Numbered from the stretch's first letter, positions 19,173 to 28,942 are shown. The stretch is DNA of 55,428 bases from an uncultured virus (IMG/VR IMGVR_UViG_3300018892_000001) (IMGVR_UViG_3300018892_000001), one strand, 5' to 3'. The notes: generated by a model not told the origin, from the letters alone. Numbers and translations: made by a program.

Positions 19173-20300
19173 TCAGGGGGATTTCCCGCTCACACTTGTT
19201 AAGCGTTCTTTGAGTACAGCAAATGCGATCGCTCCCACCTGAGGGACAATGGCATTTCCCAATACAGATACCTGGCTGTTCATGAGACCTCGTGCCTCCA
19301 TATACTCTTTTAGAGTTTGGTCAAACTCTTGCTTGAGTTCTTGATATTCGCTTGCGCCCTCTCCTTCAAGGCACTCAGCTTGTCGATCAAATTTTTTGTG
19401 GTAGGCTCGCTTGAGTTGATCATACTCTCTTCGATCTGCTGGTGATAGGGCTTTAATTTCTCTTGGAGAAAGTTCAACCGAGCCACGAGGCTCCCTTGTA
19501 AAACTGGGCATTGTGGATGCGGTGAGCCACCCATCAAGGTCTGGGTGTCGCAAGAGATATCCGCCCAAGTTGGCGGGTAGCCCATCATCGCTGCCACAAA
19601 GTAAGGGTTGAGGGTAGTGTCCTTTGTCGTTAAATTCAGTAGGGAGTACTTTCTCCTGTTTTTTGCCTCCGCCACTGAGCCGCCCCGTGAGAGACCGGCT
19701 GTTGGCGTAGGCAATAATCCATATTCGCGCTCGAAGGTGGGTTCCTCCCACTCCAATGCGGAATCTTTTTTCTTTACCTCGGCTAGAGCCTGTTTCCAAA
19801 TGGGCGCATGGTACAGTTCCCCATTCGACATCGAACCCCAGCTCGTCCAGGTCTCGCAAAATTCCCTTGAAAAATTCTCCAGATTCGGAAGATAGCAATC
19901 CAGGGACGTTTTCCAGCACCGCCCATCTGGGCTGAACTTCGCGAAGGATTCGCCGAATCTCAGGCCATAAGTCCCGCTCGTCTTCCGAAGCCTTTTTCTT
20001 GCCGAGGACTGCGTGGGGTTGGCAAGGGAAGCCGCCGGAGATTCCGTCGATCCTAGGGACTCCCAATTGTCGAAGAGATTCAACTGTAACATCGCATACA
20101 TTTTTAATTAAAGGAATGCCAGGGAACCTAAGTGACAACAATTCTTGGCAGTAATCATCATTATCACATACAGCAACTGTCTCAAGTCGAAGATCATTGT
20201 CATCCCCTTCTCTACTAATGGATTCTGCCAGGAGGAATCCTCCTCCTCCAGAACACAAATCCAACACGTAGTGGGTGTTCTCGTCCTGTAATAGCTTCAT
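19173..20300 (-). CDS. C5-cytosine DNA methyltransferase, main (alpha) frame, copy 2
   Basis: DLCSGGGG (I), GGFPCQP (IV), ENVPG (VI), HLRARIWI (VIII), LGNAIVPQV (X); motif IX absent from this frame. Confidence 0.88.
   Translation of the reverse strand: MKLLQDENTHYVLDLCSGGGGFLLAESISREGDDNDLRLETVAVCDNDDYCQELLSLRFPGIPLIKNVCDVTVESLRQLGVPRIDGISGGFPCQPHAVLGKKKASEDERDLWPEIRRILREVQPRWAVLENVPGLLSSESGEFFKGILRDLDELGFDVEWGTVPCAHLETGSSRGKEKRFRIGVGGTHLRARIWIIAYANSRSLTGRLSGGGKKQEKVLPTEFNDKGHYPQPLLCGSDDGLPANLGGYLLRHPDLDGWLTASTMPSFTREPRGSVELSPREIKALSPADRREYDQLKRAYHKKFDRQAECLEGEGASEYQELKQEFDQTLKEYMEARGLMNSQVSVLGNAIVPQVGAIAFAVLKERLTSVSGKSP
19310..20101 (-). CDS. Nested alternative-frame MTase beta subunit, copy 2
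   Basis: 263 aa ORF wholly inside the MTase; LLPTPTA and LNPYFVAAMMGYPPTW (motif IX-like). Confidence 0.65.
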   Translation of the reverse strand: MYAMLQLNLFDNWESLGSTESPAASLANPTQSSARKRLRKTSGTYGLRFGESFAKFSPDGRCWKTSLDCYLPNLENFSREFCETWTSWGSMSNGELYHAPIWKQALAEVKKKDSALEWEEPTFEREYGLLPTPTAGLSRGGSVAEAKNRRKYSLLNLTTKDTTLNPYFVAAMMGYPPTWADISCDTQTLMGGSPHPQCPVLQGSLVARLNFLQEKLKPYHQQIEESMINSSEPTTKNLIDKLSALKERAQANIKNSSKSLTKL

Positions 20301-21526
20301 TTTTCCTCCTTAAGTGCTGACAAACGTTCCTTAAGTACAGCAAATGCGATCGCTCCGACATGAGGGACAATCGCGTTCCCGAATATCGATAGCTGGGTAT
20401 TTATTGCCTTTTTAAGTTCTTTGTACTCGTTAAGCTTGAGCAAGAATTGCTCCTGGAATTGGCAATATTGGTTTGCGCTCTCTCCTTCAAGGCACTCAGC
20501 TTGTCGATCAAATTCCTTATCGAAGGCTCGTTTGAGTTTCTGATATTCGCTTCGATCTTCTGGTGAAAGGGATCTAATTTCTCCTGGAGTGAGTTCAATT
20601 GAACAACGCACCTGCCGAAAGAAGCAGGGGATTGTGGATGCGGTGAGCCACCCATCAAGGTCTGGGTGTCGCAAGAGATATCCGCCCAGGTTGGGGGGTA
20701 GCCCATCATCACCGCCGAAAGGTAAGGATTGAGGCATCTGCTCTCTTGATGTGGGGTCATCAGCCGGACAAAGCGACTCAACCCCACTGACCCATTTACT
20801 CCTTGGTTGCTGATCTTCCTTGGTGTTCCATTTCTTGTGAAATAGATCTTCGTATTCTCGTTGAAGACCGCCGCCATTGTGGCATCGGATGCCGTTGGGG
20901 TAGGGATCAGGGTTTTGATGATTTGTCGCAGCCCCTTCCCCTTGAAGGTGGCGGTAAGCGACAATCCAGACTCGCTCTCGGAGATGAACTCCTCCAGCTC
21001 CAATAAACTCGTTAGGGCTTGCTTCCATATAGGCGCAGGAAATAACTCCCCACTCAACATCAAACCCCAGTTGGGCAAGATCTCCAAATATTCCTCGTAG
21101 GAACCGTCCAGCGTCCGTTCTAAATAGCCCTGGGACATTTTCAAAAACCGCCCAGATGGGCTGAACTTCGCGAAGGATTCGCCGAATCTCCGGCCACAAG
21201 TCCCGTTCGTCTTTAGAGCCTTTTTTCTTGCCGGCGACGCTATGGGGCTGGCAGGGGAATCCGCCGCAAATTCCGTCGATTTTGGGGATTCCCAATTGTC
21301 GAAGAGATTTAGTTGTGACATCGGATATATCTGGGATGACAGGGATGTGGGGAAATCTTAGCCTTAATACATCCTGACAATTTTCGTTGTTATCGCACAC
21401 AACTACCGTCTCCAGCCGCAGGGCGTTTTTAGCCTGCTGGGAGATGGCTTCCGCTAGGATAAATCCTCCTCCTCCAGAGCATAAATCCATTACGTAGTGG
21501 ATGTTTTCGTCATGTGACAGGCTCAC
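20297..21526 (-). CDS. C5-cytosine DNA methyltransferase, main (alpha) frame, copy 1
   Basis: DLCSGGGG, GGFPCQP, ENVPG, HLRERVWI, FGNAIVPHV; paralog of 19173-20300. Confidence 0.88.
   Translation of the reverse strand: MSLSHDENIHYVMDLCSGGGGFILAEAISQQAKNALRLETVVVCDNNENCQDVLRLRFPHIPVIPDISDVTTKSLRQLGIPKIDGICGGFPCQPHSVAGKKKGSKDERDLWPEIRRILREVQPIWAVFENVPGLFRTDAGRFLRGIFGDLAQLGFDVEWGVISCAYMEASPNEFIGAGGVHLRERVWIVAYRHLQGEGAATNHQNPDPYPNGIRCHNGGGLQREYEDLFHKKWNTKEDQQPRSKWVSGVESLCPADDPTSREQMPQSLPFGGDDGLPPNLGGYLLRHPDLDGWLTASTIPCFFRQVRCSIELTPGEIRSLSPEDRSEYQKLKRAFDKEFDRQAECLEGESANQYCQFQEQFLLKLNEYKELKKAINTQLSIFGNAIVPHVGAIAFAVLKERLSALKEEK
20401..21321 (-). CDS. Nested alternative-frame MTase beta subunit, copy 1
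   Basis: 306 aa nested ORF; LIPTPTASD and LNPYLSAVMMGYPPTW. Confidence 0.65.
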   Translation of the reverse strand: MSQLNLFDNWESPKSTEFAADSPASPIASPARKKALKTNGTCGRRFGESFAKFSPSGRFLKMSQGYLERTLDGSYEEYLEILPNWGLMLSGELFPAPIWKQALTSLLELEEFISESESGLSLTATFKGKGLRQIIKTLIPTPTASDATMAAVFNENTKIYFTRNGTPRKISNQGVNGSVGLSRFVRLMTPHQESRCLNPYLSAVMMGYPPTWADISCDTQTLMGGSPHPQSPASFGRCVVQLNSLQEKLDPFHQKIEANIRNSNEPSIRNLIDKLSALKERAQTNIANSRSNSCSSLTSTKNLKRQ

Positions 21527-22166
21527 TTTTTACCTCCACGACAGAGGAACATGGGAGACTTTTTTGTCCCGGAATCGTGCCTATAAAGCTGTTCCAAGCG
21601 TCCAAATCGGTTTTGATGACATCCAGTTGCTTTGGATCTTTAGCCTCCCAGCGCACTGCCTTAACCCCTCCAGGAAAATGAAATTCAACGACCAAGGGGT
21701 TCAACTCATACCCACCCCAGCATCTTGTAAAACTGATCCCAGGAAATAGTTCTAGTAAGTATTTTTGCGCCTTGTCTTTTTCTTCTTGAATCCTCTTGGA
21801 CTTAGCATTGAAGTCTGCTTGGCAGTCTCGACTACAAAACGCGACCTTTCTATTGAACTTCGGTTCTAGAGGTTCCCAACGCTCATCCTCCTCTTCATTG
21901 TTTTTGGACACGTTACAAAAGCAATGAGGACACTCAAAAGTCCAACCATCGTTGTACAGGATCTCCGCTGGGACATACCCCAGTGCCGCGTAGTGATCGT
22001 ATTCAGGTAGCCGCTCAACCTTGAGGATTTCCGGTTCACTCCACAATTTACAGGCTCCTGCCACCGCCGCTTGCGCTTTTTCTAGGGCAAAAACAATATC
22101 CGCCCCCTCTTCCTCATCTTCCACATACCAAGCTACTGAAGCTGTCGGATTCACTAAATCATTCAT
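21510..22166 (-). CDS. Hypothetical phage protein (Cys-rich)
   Basis: 218 aa; GWTFECPHC...FCSRDC. Confidence 0.75.
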   Translation of the reverse strand: MNDLVNPTASVAWYVEDEEEGADIVFALEKAQAAVAGACKLWSEPEILKVERLPEYDHYAALGYVPAEILYNDGWTFECPHCFCNVSKNNEEEDERWEPLEPKFNRKVAFCSRDCQADFNAKSKRIQEEKDKAQKYLLELFPGISFTRCWGGYELNPLVVEFHFPGGVKAVRWEAKDPKQLDVIKTDLDAWNSFIGTIPGQKSLPCSSVVEVKSEPVT

Positions 22167-23037
22167 AATTTGTCTCCGTCACGGTTCTCCGTGATGAACT
22201 ATCTAACTGGTATTTTTTGATCAATAAATCCAACTTGTCGGCGATAAAGTTGGGATAGCACATCTCCTGTGCGCCATCAAAGACCGTCCATAACTGCCAC
22301 CAAGCCGTTAGATCCATCTCTCCTTCGCGCTCTAGAAAAATATCGGCTTCCTCTTCCACCCCATAGGCATTAAGGCTGTAGAACAAAGGGGCAGAACAGC
22401 GATCGCAAACTCTCCGACCATCGGCTATTTCCAGGCTGAACCTGTGAGGCTTGATTGTGTAGTAGGAACTACTCCACCAATACCCCCACTGGCAAAGTCT
22501 CCACAGAGTATCTGCAAGCTTATAATGCTGCCGGGATAGCAACATACAGGCGTAAATCAAGCTACTCCGAGTTCGGGTTATGAAACTACTTGCACAATCC
22601 CAGCAGTATTCTTCCCCAGTATCTTTGAGGAACCGCTGGTCGAGGTAATAAGGGTCTGAGATATTCACCCCCCTGGATAGCTCCTGAAGTCGCTCAAAAG
22701 CTTCCTCAAGTCTAGACACTCGCTCTGGTGATGCATTTCTCTTGGGATAAACATCATGCTGCAACCAAACTTTGGCTGCCCTAATATCTACGATCAGGTC
22801 TTTGACTAGGTAAAGGAACCTGTCCCCCGCAGGGATTCTTGGAGGGGTGATTTGTTCACGCAGTAGTTGCGATCGCGTTGCGAGGTTTGCTAAATCAAAC
22901 CCACTCAAATCCAACCAAGGGTATAGGGGTTCATAGGTGCGAACCTTCCGCCGGGATTCTTCCTGCTCAACTATTTCAATTTCGGAACTTATTCGGTTTA
23001 ATTGCCGGATTAACGTGTCTAAGACTGGTGATCTCAT
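22159..23037 (-). CDS. Hypothetical protein
   Basis: 292 aa; CWDC and CDRC pairs. Confidence 0.75.
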   Translation of the reverse strand: MRSPVLDTLIRQLNRISSEIEIVEQEESRRKVRTYEPLYPWLDLSGFDLANLATRSQLLREQITPPRIPAGDRFLYLVKDLIVDIRAAKVWLQHDVYPKRNASPERVSRLEEAFERLQELSRGVNISDPYYLDQRFLKDTGEEYCWDCASSFITRTRSSLIYACMLLSRQHYKLADTLWRLCQWGYWWSSSYYTIKPHRFSLEIADGRRVCDRCSAPLFYSLNAYGVEEEADIFLEREGEMDLTAWWQLWTVFDGAQEMCYPNFIADKLDLLIKKYQLDSSSRRTVTETNYE

Positions 23038-23071
23038 TTTTACTTTGTCATGAACCTCTGTTGTGTAGCTT

Positions 23072-24670
23072 TTAGAACTCGTAGATTGCTATTATTCTTC
23101 CCTGCTCGTCATAGTCGGCACAGTACTCCTCGTTTTCCTCAATAAACTTCTGAGCTTGGGTTTGGACAGATATATCAACTCGAAACACCGAGTCTTCCAG
23201 CGCTGCTTTTAATCGGTCGAGAACTGCCTCAGGTGAAGATGGTGGCGGAGCCTTGGGCAAAGTTCGCTTCCGAGCTAGCTCTGCTATCTGCTGGAATATT
23301 AGCTTTGAACCCGCAGCGGCGTGTTGTTGATCTTCCTCTGTTATTTGCTTTGGTTTCCACTCGTTATGATTTTCTACGCCTTGTGGCAGGACAGGGGTTT
23401 TTGTAATGTCTCGTCCTGACAGTGTTTCGGATTTGGATACCCCTGTTTGAGGCATTGGTGATCGCACAGCTTCTAGATTGGTCTCTAGATACTCCTTCTC
23501 ATCGTCAGGTACAACTCCACCACTGGCTATACGCTGTGCAGCACTTTCATAGTGGTGGTTGAAGGTTAGAGAGTAGGTTCTCCACCTCAAAGAAATTTTG
23601 TCTGGTTCATTAAAGAAATTACTAATGACAGCTTCTTCGGCATCATAAACGGACGAGTATGTCCACTTCTTCATCCACTCCTGAGCTTTCCATCTGACAA
23701 ACTCACCCTTAAACTCGTTATTTCGATTTAGCCAGGGTGTCTCACCTTCACAGTACACAAGGTTAGGATGCACCTCGCGCCTTCGATCCTGCCTCCACTT
23801 TGTAGATTCAGAGACTTTTTTATCTGTTATCACAGCAGCGGCGGAATTTTTATCTTCACCAGGAGTTTCTATTGCTTGCAAAGGAATGACCTCAATTTGT
23901 GGATCTTTTGACAGGGTGTTGCTTGGAGTTTCTTCTTCCGGTTCCGGAATCTCAAATCCAAATTGCTTTTCTTTCGCAGCCCTAGGGTTATTGCCGATAG
24001 ATCTTGGATTGGTTCCAACAGCCCTAGGGTTATTACCGATAGCTCTTAAATTAGTTCCATCTTCTCTTTTTCCTGATTTACTTCCCCCTTCTTTTTTTTC
24101 CCCGCTTGCGGGGTTAGGGGGGTTGATCTGATGAATAGATCTAATTTCTGATCTATTCATAGATGATGGTCCACCCAGCGGATGCTCCATCATCTCCTGG
24201 GTGGATGGTCGATCATCCTCTGAGTGGATACTCTCATTTTCAGGATCATCCATTTTTGGCACTATCTGATTTCTCGACGTTACAGCCGTTTTAGAGGCAT
24301 TCATGATTAACTCACCGATTGTCTCTGGATTGGGTCTGTAAAACTTAGTTTGATTCCATTGACCCGATAAAAACTGACCCGATATCAAGTAACCCTTATC
24401 TTCAATATTTAAAAGTAGCCGTTGAAGTTTGCGGGGGTTCCCCAAGCACGGATACATCTCACTCCACTCTTGGTAAGTGGCAGCAGTCCACCACTCGTCA
24501 TCGTGGTAGTACTTTTCCCTGCCAGTGATCGCATTGTTTTGACACCAATCTTCTATGATTTCAAGTAGCAAAGCCTCAAGTACTCCAATTTGGTTCGCCA
24601 TTCCCCACACCAGCTTGGTAAAAGGAAGACGATGGAGGGACTTGTAGGCAGCTACAGCAGCCGTAGTCAT
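23072..24670 (-). CDS. Putative replication initiator / replisome organizer
   Basis: N-terminal winged-HTH-like region (EALLL...W...TYQEW....P...TKFYRPN), low-complexity linker with internal repeats; AGGAG RBS. Confidence 0.55.
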   Translation of the reverse strand: MTTAAVAAYKSLHRLPFTKLVWGMANQIGVLEALLLEIIEDWCQNNAITGREKYYHDDEWWTAATYQEWSEMYPCLGNPRKLQRLLLNIEDKGYLISGQFLSGQWNQTKFYRPNPETIGELIMNASKTAVTSRNQIVPKMDDPENESIHSEDDRPSTQEMMEHPLGGPSSMNRSEIRSIHQINPPNPASGEKKEGGSKSGKREDGTNLRAIGNNPRAVGTNPRSIGNNPRAAKEKQFGFEIPEPEEETPSNTLSKDPQIEVIPLQAIETPGEDKNSAAAVITDKKVSESTKWRQDRRREVHPNLVYCEGETPWLNRNNEFKGEFVRWKAQEWMKKWTYSSVYDAEEAVISNFFNEPDKISLRWRTYSLTFNHHYESAAQRIASGGVVPDDEKEYLETNLEAVRSPMPQTGVSKSETLSGRDITKTPVLPQGVENHNEWKPKQITEEDQQHAAAGSKLIFQQIAELARKRTLPKAPPPSSPEAVLDRLKAALEDSVFRVDISVQTQAQKFIEENEEYCADYDEQGRIIAIYEF

Positions 24671-24723
24671 GAATTCTCCTTGTTATATCGTCTGGTTTTG
24701 TAGGTACTTTGATGAATGATGTA

Positions 24724-25362
24724 TTACAACAATTCCTTTTGCATGACAAGTAAAACAAATGCCTCTATTAGCCCAAGGACGTAATAGTAAATTTCCTCAA
24801 ATACGGCTTCCTCAAAACCGTAAAGATAAAAAGAGGATTTAACTCTTTCTGGTACCACGCTTGTAAGAAAAGGATACGCTTGCTCTAGCTGCCCCCTTTC
24901 TGTCACTACACCATAAGCCCTTGAGATTAGGTCGTGGAACCCAGAAAGGTGGGCTTCGGTAAATTTGTGATCAATTGGATCTCCTGCGTGATCTGTCAGT
25001 AGGTTTTTAAGGAATTCCTTGAACCAGCCTTCGATAACTGCCATATTGACCACTGATCCAACGCAAAATGCGGCGAGATTGGCTTTCCTCTCTTCTTCAT
25101 TAAATTCAAACCAATCGCCACGAACCCGATATTCTTTTAAAAGCCTATGCCAGTATGTCTCGTCAGATGGGGCGTCCACTGTCCAAAACGAATCGATAAT
25201 TTTCAGTGGATAGGGCGATTGATTTTGTAAAGTCTGGTGTCTCGCTATAGGTTTAACGCTGCGCCCAATCTTGTAGCGATTGGTTCCAACTGCGTGAATC
25301 AAATAAACCCAGCCTTCACGTCCTACTGAAATATCCTCTAGTCTTATTATTTTGCCCATCAC
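24724..25362 (-). CDS. GIY-YIG/T5orf172-domain protein
   Basis: GWVYLIHAVGTNRYKIGRS..P..R...LQ.QSPYPL...RGDWF. Confidence 0.75.
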   Translation of the reverse strand: MMGKIIRLEDISVGREGWVYLIHAVGTNRYKIGRSVKPIARHQTLQNQSPYPLKIIDSFWTVDAPSDETYWHRLLKEYRVRGDWFEFNEEERKANLAAFCVGSVVNMAVIEGWFKEFLKNLLTDHAGDPIDHKFTEAHLSGFHDLISRAYGVVTERGQLEQAYPFLTSVVPERVKSSFYLYGFEEAVFEEIYYYVLGLIEAFVLLVMQKELL

Positions 25363-25414
25363 AAAACCTCTTTGGCGATCGCCAGTGTAATTGCATCAAT
25401 AGGATCGTCAATAT

Positions 25415-25609
25415 TCATCCTTTACCTCCTGACACGTCTTCTGCCTGCACATTGATCGCCGTGCAGTGTTTATGGGACTTGCTAAACTCCTTGCTCATAG
25501 CTAACCAGAGTTCTAGAGGCACTGGAGTGTTGGGCTGATAATGCCCGCCACATCGCTTGCACCTAAAGTCTAAATTTGGGGTTGTGACAACCCAATCTTG
25601 TTTACTCAT
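25415..25609 (-). CDS. Hypothetical small Zn-binding protein
   Basis: CKRC...HKHC; ATGA-coupled. Confidence 0.65.
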   Translation of the reverse strand: MSKQDWVVTTPNLDFRCKRCGGHYQPNTPVPLELWLAMSKEFSKSHKHCTAINVQAEDVSGGKG

Positions 25610-25914
25610 CCTTCTCCCTCTGCATCCACTGCATTTAATCGAGCATCCAACTCTTCCTGGCTCTTGATGTCCCCAAGCAACTCTGTGCTGTTAACATCAA
25701 TGCCTATTCTGGTGAGATGCTCTGTGAACAGTTGTTGCACTTCCGGCTCACAGTGCGCCATCGCATCTACCCATGTTGGGCTTCGCTTGTTAGCGTTGGC
25801 AAATGTGAATCGGTAGTAGAATGAGGTCGCATCGTGCGGGGACTCAGGAGAATGCTCGACCGCACAAATTCTGCATTTATTTGGGGCAGGAGGTACTACT
25901 TGCCAGTCGGTCAT
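25606..25914 (-). CDS. Hypothetical phage protein
   Basis: CRICAVEH...PH...PTWVDAMAHC; AGGAGG RBS. Confidence 0.75.
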   Translation of the reverse strand: MTDWQVVPPAPNKCRICAVEHSPESPHDATSFYYRFTFANANKRSPTWVDAMAHCEPEVQQLFTEHLTRIGIDVNSTELLGDIKSQEELDARLNAVDAEGEG

Positions 25915-26709
25915 GCCAAACCTCCTACAGCGATTTGCTGCAAGTAGATATCTTGGATCATTTTGCTATTCCTTTTAGTGCAAACTTTTTTCCGCATACT
26001 GGGGCGGAAGTAGAGTTCTAAAATTAAGAACTTCATTGGAACAAATCTGAATACTTGTCGGCAAGGCAAAAAATGCCCTATAATACTTTCCATAGCGCTC
26101 CGCTTATCGCAATTAAGTGGACTTAACTCGCTTCCTGAAAGGCCTCTTTAGATGGTCAGATCTAAAGCCCCGCCTGGGAGCGAATCTTTTCAAAAATGAT
26201 AGCACATTCTTTGTGTGTGGATTTATGCAAGCAAGAAGGCTTCGCTCTTGCATACCTGCCCAAAAAACTGTACTATTAAATACTGAAGGCACTAATGCGC
26301 CTCGAAGAAAAAGCATATATTAATCCTTAGATGCAGACACCCCTCGGTGTCTTTTTTTTGTTTATATAGGAATTTTAGGCTTACCTCGGAAAATGGGCAA
26401 CCCTTTTTTAACTATGCCCACGCGATCGCTTGGGGTTACAGTACCGCGTTACAATCTTCGTCTAACATTTCATTCGATATGGGGGTGATAGGTAGAATTA
26501 TGTGTTTGCAGAAACTTGGTTAAGTACAGTTCTGGCGATTGTCACTAAAGGCAAAAAAACTCTGAAGACGTTACAGGATTAGGGTTTTGGCGGCTGGCAG
26601 TTTGAGGTAAAAGTAATTGACCACCCAACTCTCGCCTTTATTTATGCGATCGCACTTCACCTGGGTTGATGTTACAATCCGGGAAGTCTTGTGAAAAATT
26701 TATCGCATT

Positions 26710-27555
26710 ATGCAAACCAAAAAGAATTCCTCAGCGGCAGACCGCAAGGATGTTGCCTTGCTCTTTACGTCGGATTTAATCGAAGCCCTTCTCAAAGGAA
26801 CGAAAACCCAGACCCGCAGAATAATCAATCCTCAGCCTGTCCTAGAAGACGGGATTTGGATGTGGAAGCGAAAAGGTGAAACCCCCATTCCGTTAGTGAA
26901 TCAATCCTTGTCCATGCTGGCAGAAAGTCGGTATCAGGTAGGTGATCGCCTCTACGCTAAGGAGTCGATGTATCTCGACAAGGACGATCTCGGCGAGGGC
27001 GACTGTTGGTATTACGATTTAGATAAGAAGAAAGTTATGGTTTCGCGGGAAGACGAAGGAGCCATGCTTGCCTGGGCGCACCATAAGCAGACGACTACTC
27101 AAAGCGCTCTATTCATGCCGCGATGGGCAGCCCGAACTTGGAGGGAGATTGCAGAAGTTAGCGTTCAGCGTATAGGTGATATCAGCGAGGAAGATGCGAT
27201 CGCCGAAGGGATTGTCCCACTGATATACAGGGCTTCAGCCGAAGGACACTATGTTCGCTACTATCATTACGAGTATCAGACGTACCATACAACCTACGAC
27301 GGGGACGGGGCGCGGCAAAGCTTCCGAACACTCTGGAACCAAATCAACGGAAAATGGACAGCCATTCGGAAGAACATGGACGGCGGCGAAACCAAAAAAA
27401 AGGAGTTGTCGCATTATATTTCGTACCCTTGGAATGAGGAGGATATTAAGGACAAACCCGATGTTCGTAACAAAAATATCCCTTTTCTCGCTTGCCCGAA
27501 CCCTTGGGTCTGGGCGATAAAATTCACCACGGTTCTCCGTGACGAAGGAAAATAA
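26710..27555 (+). CDS. ASCH-like phage protein
   Basis: GTKTQTRRII, GDRLYAKE, FMPRWAAR, DISEEDAIAEG, NPWVWAIKF. Confidence 0.75.
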   Translation: MQTKKNSSAADRKDVALLFTSDLIEALLKGTKTQTRRIINPQPVLEDGIWMWKRKGETPIPLVNQSLSMLAESRYQVGDRLYAKESMYLDKDDLGEGDCWYYDLDKKKVMVSREDEGAMLAWAHHKQTTTQSALFMPRWAARTWREIAEVSVQRIGDISEEDAIAEGIVPLIYRASAEGHYVRYYHYEYQTYHTTYDGDGARQSFRTLWNQINGKWTAIRKNMDGGETKKKELSHYISYPWNEEDIKDKPDVRNKNIPFLACPNPWVWAIKFTTVLRDEGK

Positions 27556-28940
27556 TGATTTTCGCATCTCTTTTCTCTGGGTTTGGATTGGCAGATATCG
27601 GAGCCAAATTGGCAGGTTGCGAATTGGCTTGGGGGATCGAATTGGATGAGGCGATCGCAGAAATTTCTCGCCAACTAGGACACCGAGTCCTGTGCCAGTC
27701 CGTAACCGAAACTGATTTTAGTAAGCTGGAAAAGCCCGACATTCTTTGGGTTTCCCCACCGTGCCCAAATTTTTCTGTGGCAAAGCAGGGCGCTAAAGAA
27801 ACTGCCCTCGACATTGAGCTAGCTAATGCTGTAGTTAATGCGATTTCAATCCTAGAGCCGAAATATTTCATCTTGGAAAATGTCGAGGCGTACAAGCGAA
27901 GCAAATCCTTGAGAATCATTGAGGACAAGCTTTACAGCCTTGGCTACTGGATTGATCGGCAGGTATTTAATTCTGCTGATTTTGGGGTTCCTCAAACTCG
28001 CAGACGTTTAATTGTCCGTGCGGTTAGGCATGGCTTCGTTCCGCAAATGCCCCAAGCGCAAAGCTGGTTAGGCTGGTATCAAGCTATAGAAGACCTTTTG
28101 CCAGATCTCCCAGAAACAACGCTTGCAAAATGGCAAAGGGATAGGCTGGGGGCTGCTTTTGAAAAAGGACAGGATATTGATGGGGACTTGTGGATCGGTG
28201 GCTCAAACTGCTCGGAAAGTTTCTTGCAGTTTGCCATAGATAATCGCCCAACTATCCCTGGGATAAGGAAAAGGGGGCAGCCGTTGCCTACAATTCCTGC
28301 CGATGTCGCCACCAATAGTAAGGCTAGAGCAATTCTAGTTCCTGGAGGAAATGCAAGTAGTTTTCCTATCCGTGCAGACCACCAACCGGCTGCAACCGTC
28401 GGAGATACACATCGGACGGGGAATAGACCAAAAGCTGTCCTTGTCTGTGGTATTGGAAACAGAGGAGAATCTTTGTCAACCCGACAAGACGAGGAGCCAG
28501 CTCTCACTGTTACAGGTGGGCATCAAGCTCTAAGAGCTATGCTCATCCAATCCAAAAACCCCAATCAGGAGTATGGGAACGGAATAAGGGAAGGTGGAGA
28601 ACCTGCCCAGACTGTAATCACAGATGGCAAACCTAGTCACCAATTAAAGGCGGTACTGATCGATGTCAGCAATATAATTCGTGATTGTACTGTCCGACAG
28701 ATGGATGAGCCATCGTTTACCATTACAGCCGAAAAGATGCGTCGCCCAATTTCAACCCCAAAGGCGATTCTGGAATCGGCAAGAATTGTGCAAATGAGTT
28801 CTCGCTGTCTGGCACGGTTTCAAACCTTGCCGGATTGGTACGAACTTCCCGTTAAAAATGCTTTAGCTTGCAAGGGGATTGGGAATGGAGTCCCTTGTAA
28901 TATGTCCGAACAAATCGTGCGATCGCTAATAGGAAGTTAA
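27555..28940 (+). CDS. C5-cytosine DNA methyltransferase with repeated TRD-like units
   Basis: SLFSGFG, SPPCP, ENV, FGVPQTRRR, RFQTLPDWY, IGNGVP. Confidence 0.9.
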   Translation: MIFASLFSGFGLADIGAKLAGCELAWGIELDEAIAEISRQLGHRVLCQSVTETDFSKLEKPDILWVSPPCPNFSVAKQGAKETALDIELANAVVNAISILEPKYFILENVEAYKRSKSLRIIEDKLYSLGYWIDRQVFNSADFGVPQTRRRLIVRAVRHGFVPQMPQAQSWLGWYQAIEDLLPDLPETTLAKWQRDRLGAAFEKGQDIDGDLWIGGSNCSESFLQFAIDNRPTIPGIRKRGQPLPTIPADVATNSKARAILVPGGNASSFPIRADHQPAATVGDTHRTGNRPKAVLVCGIGNRGESLSTRQDEEPALTVTGGHQALRAMLIQSKNPNQEYGNGIREGGEPAQTVITDGKPSHQLKAVLIDVSNIIRDCTVRQMDEPSFTITAEKMRRPISTPKAILESARIVQMSSRCLARFQTLPDWYELPVKNALACKGIGNGVPCNMSEQIVRSLIGS

Positions 28941-28942
28941 AA

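Larger units (their letters stand above)
17700..19198 (-). mobile_element. IS200/IS605-family element lacking tnpA (boundaries approximate)
   Basis: tnpB flanked by related subterminal hairpins (CCAGTGCCTTACGGCTCAGG at ~17711, CCAGTGCCTTCGGCTCAGG at ~19159); right end TTCA(T); TTAA(C) at the left junction. Confidence 0.75.

Noticed and set aside
25911..26323. Short ORFs in the divergent intergenic region
   Set aside because: Mutually overlapping, weak starts and no motifs; more likely a regulatory region.
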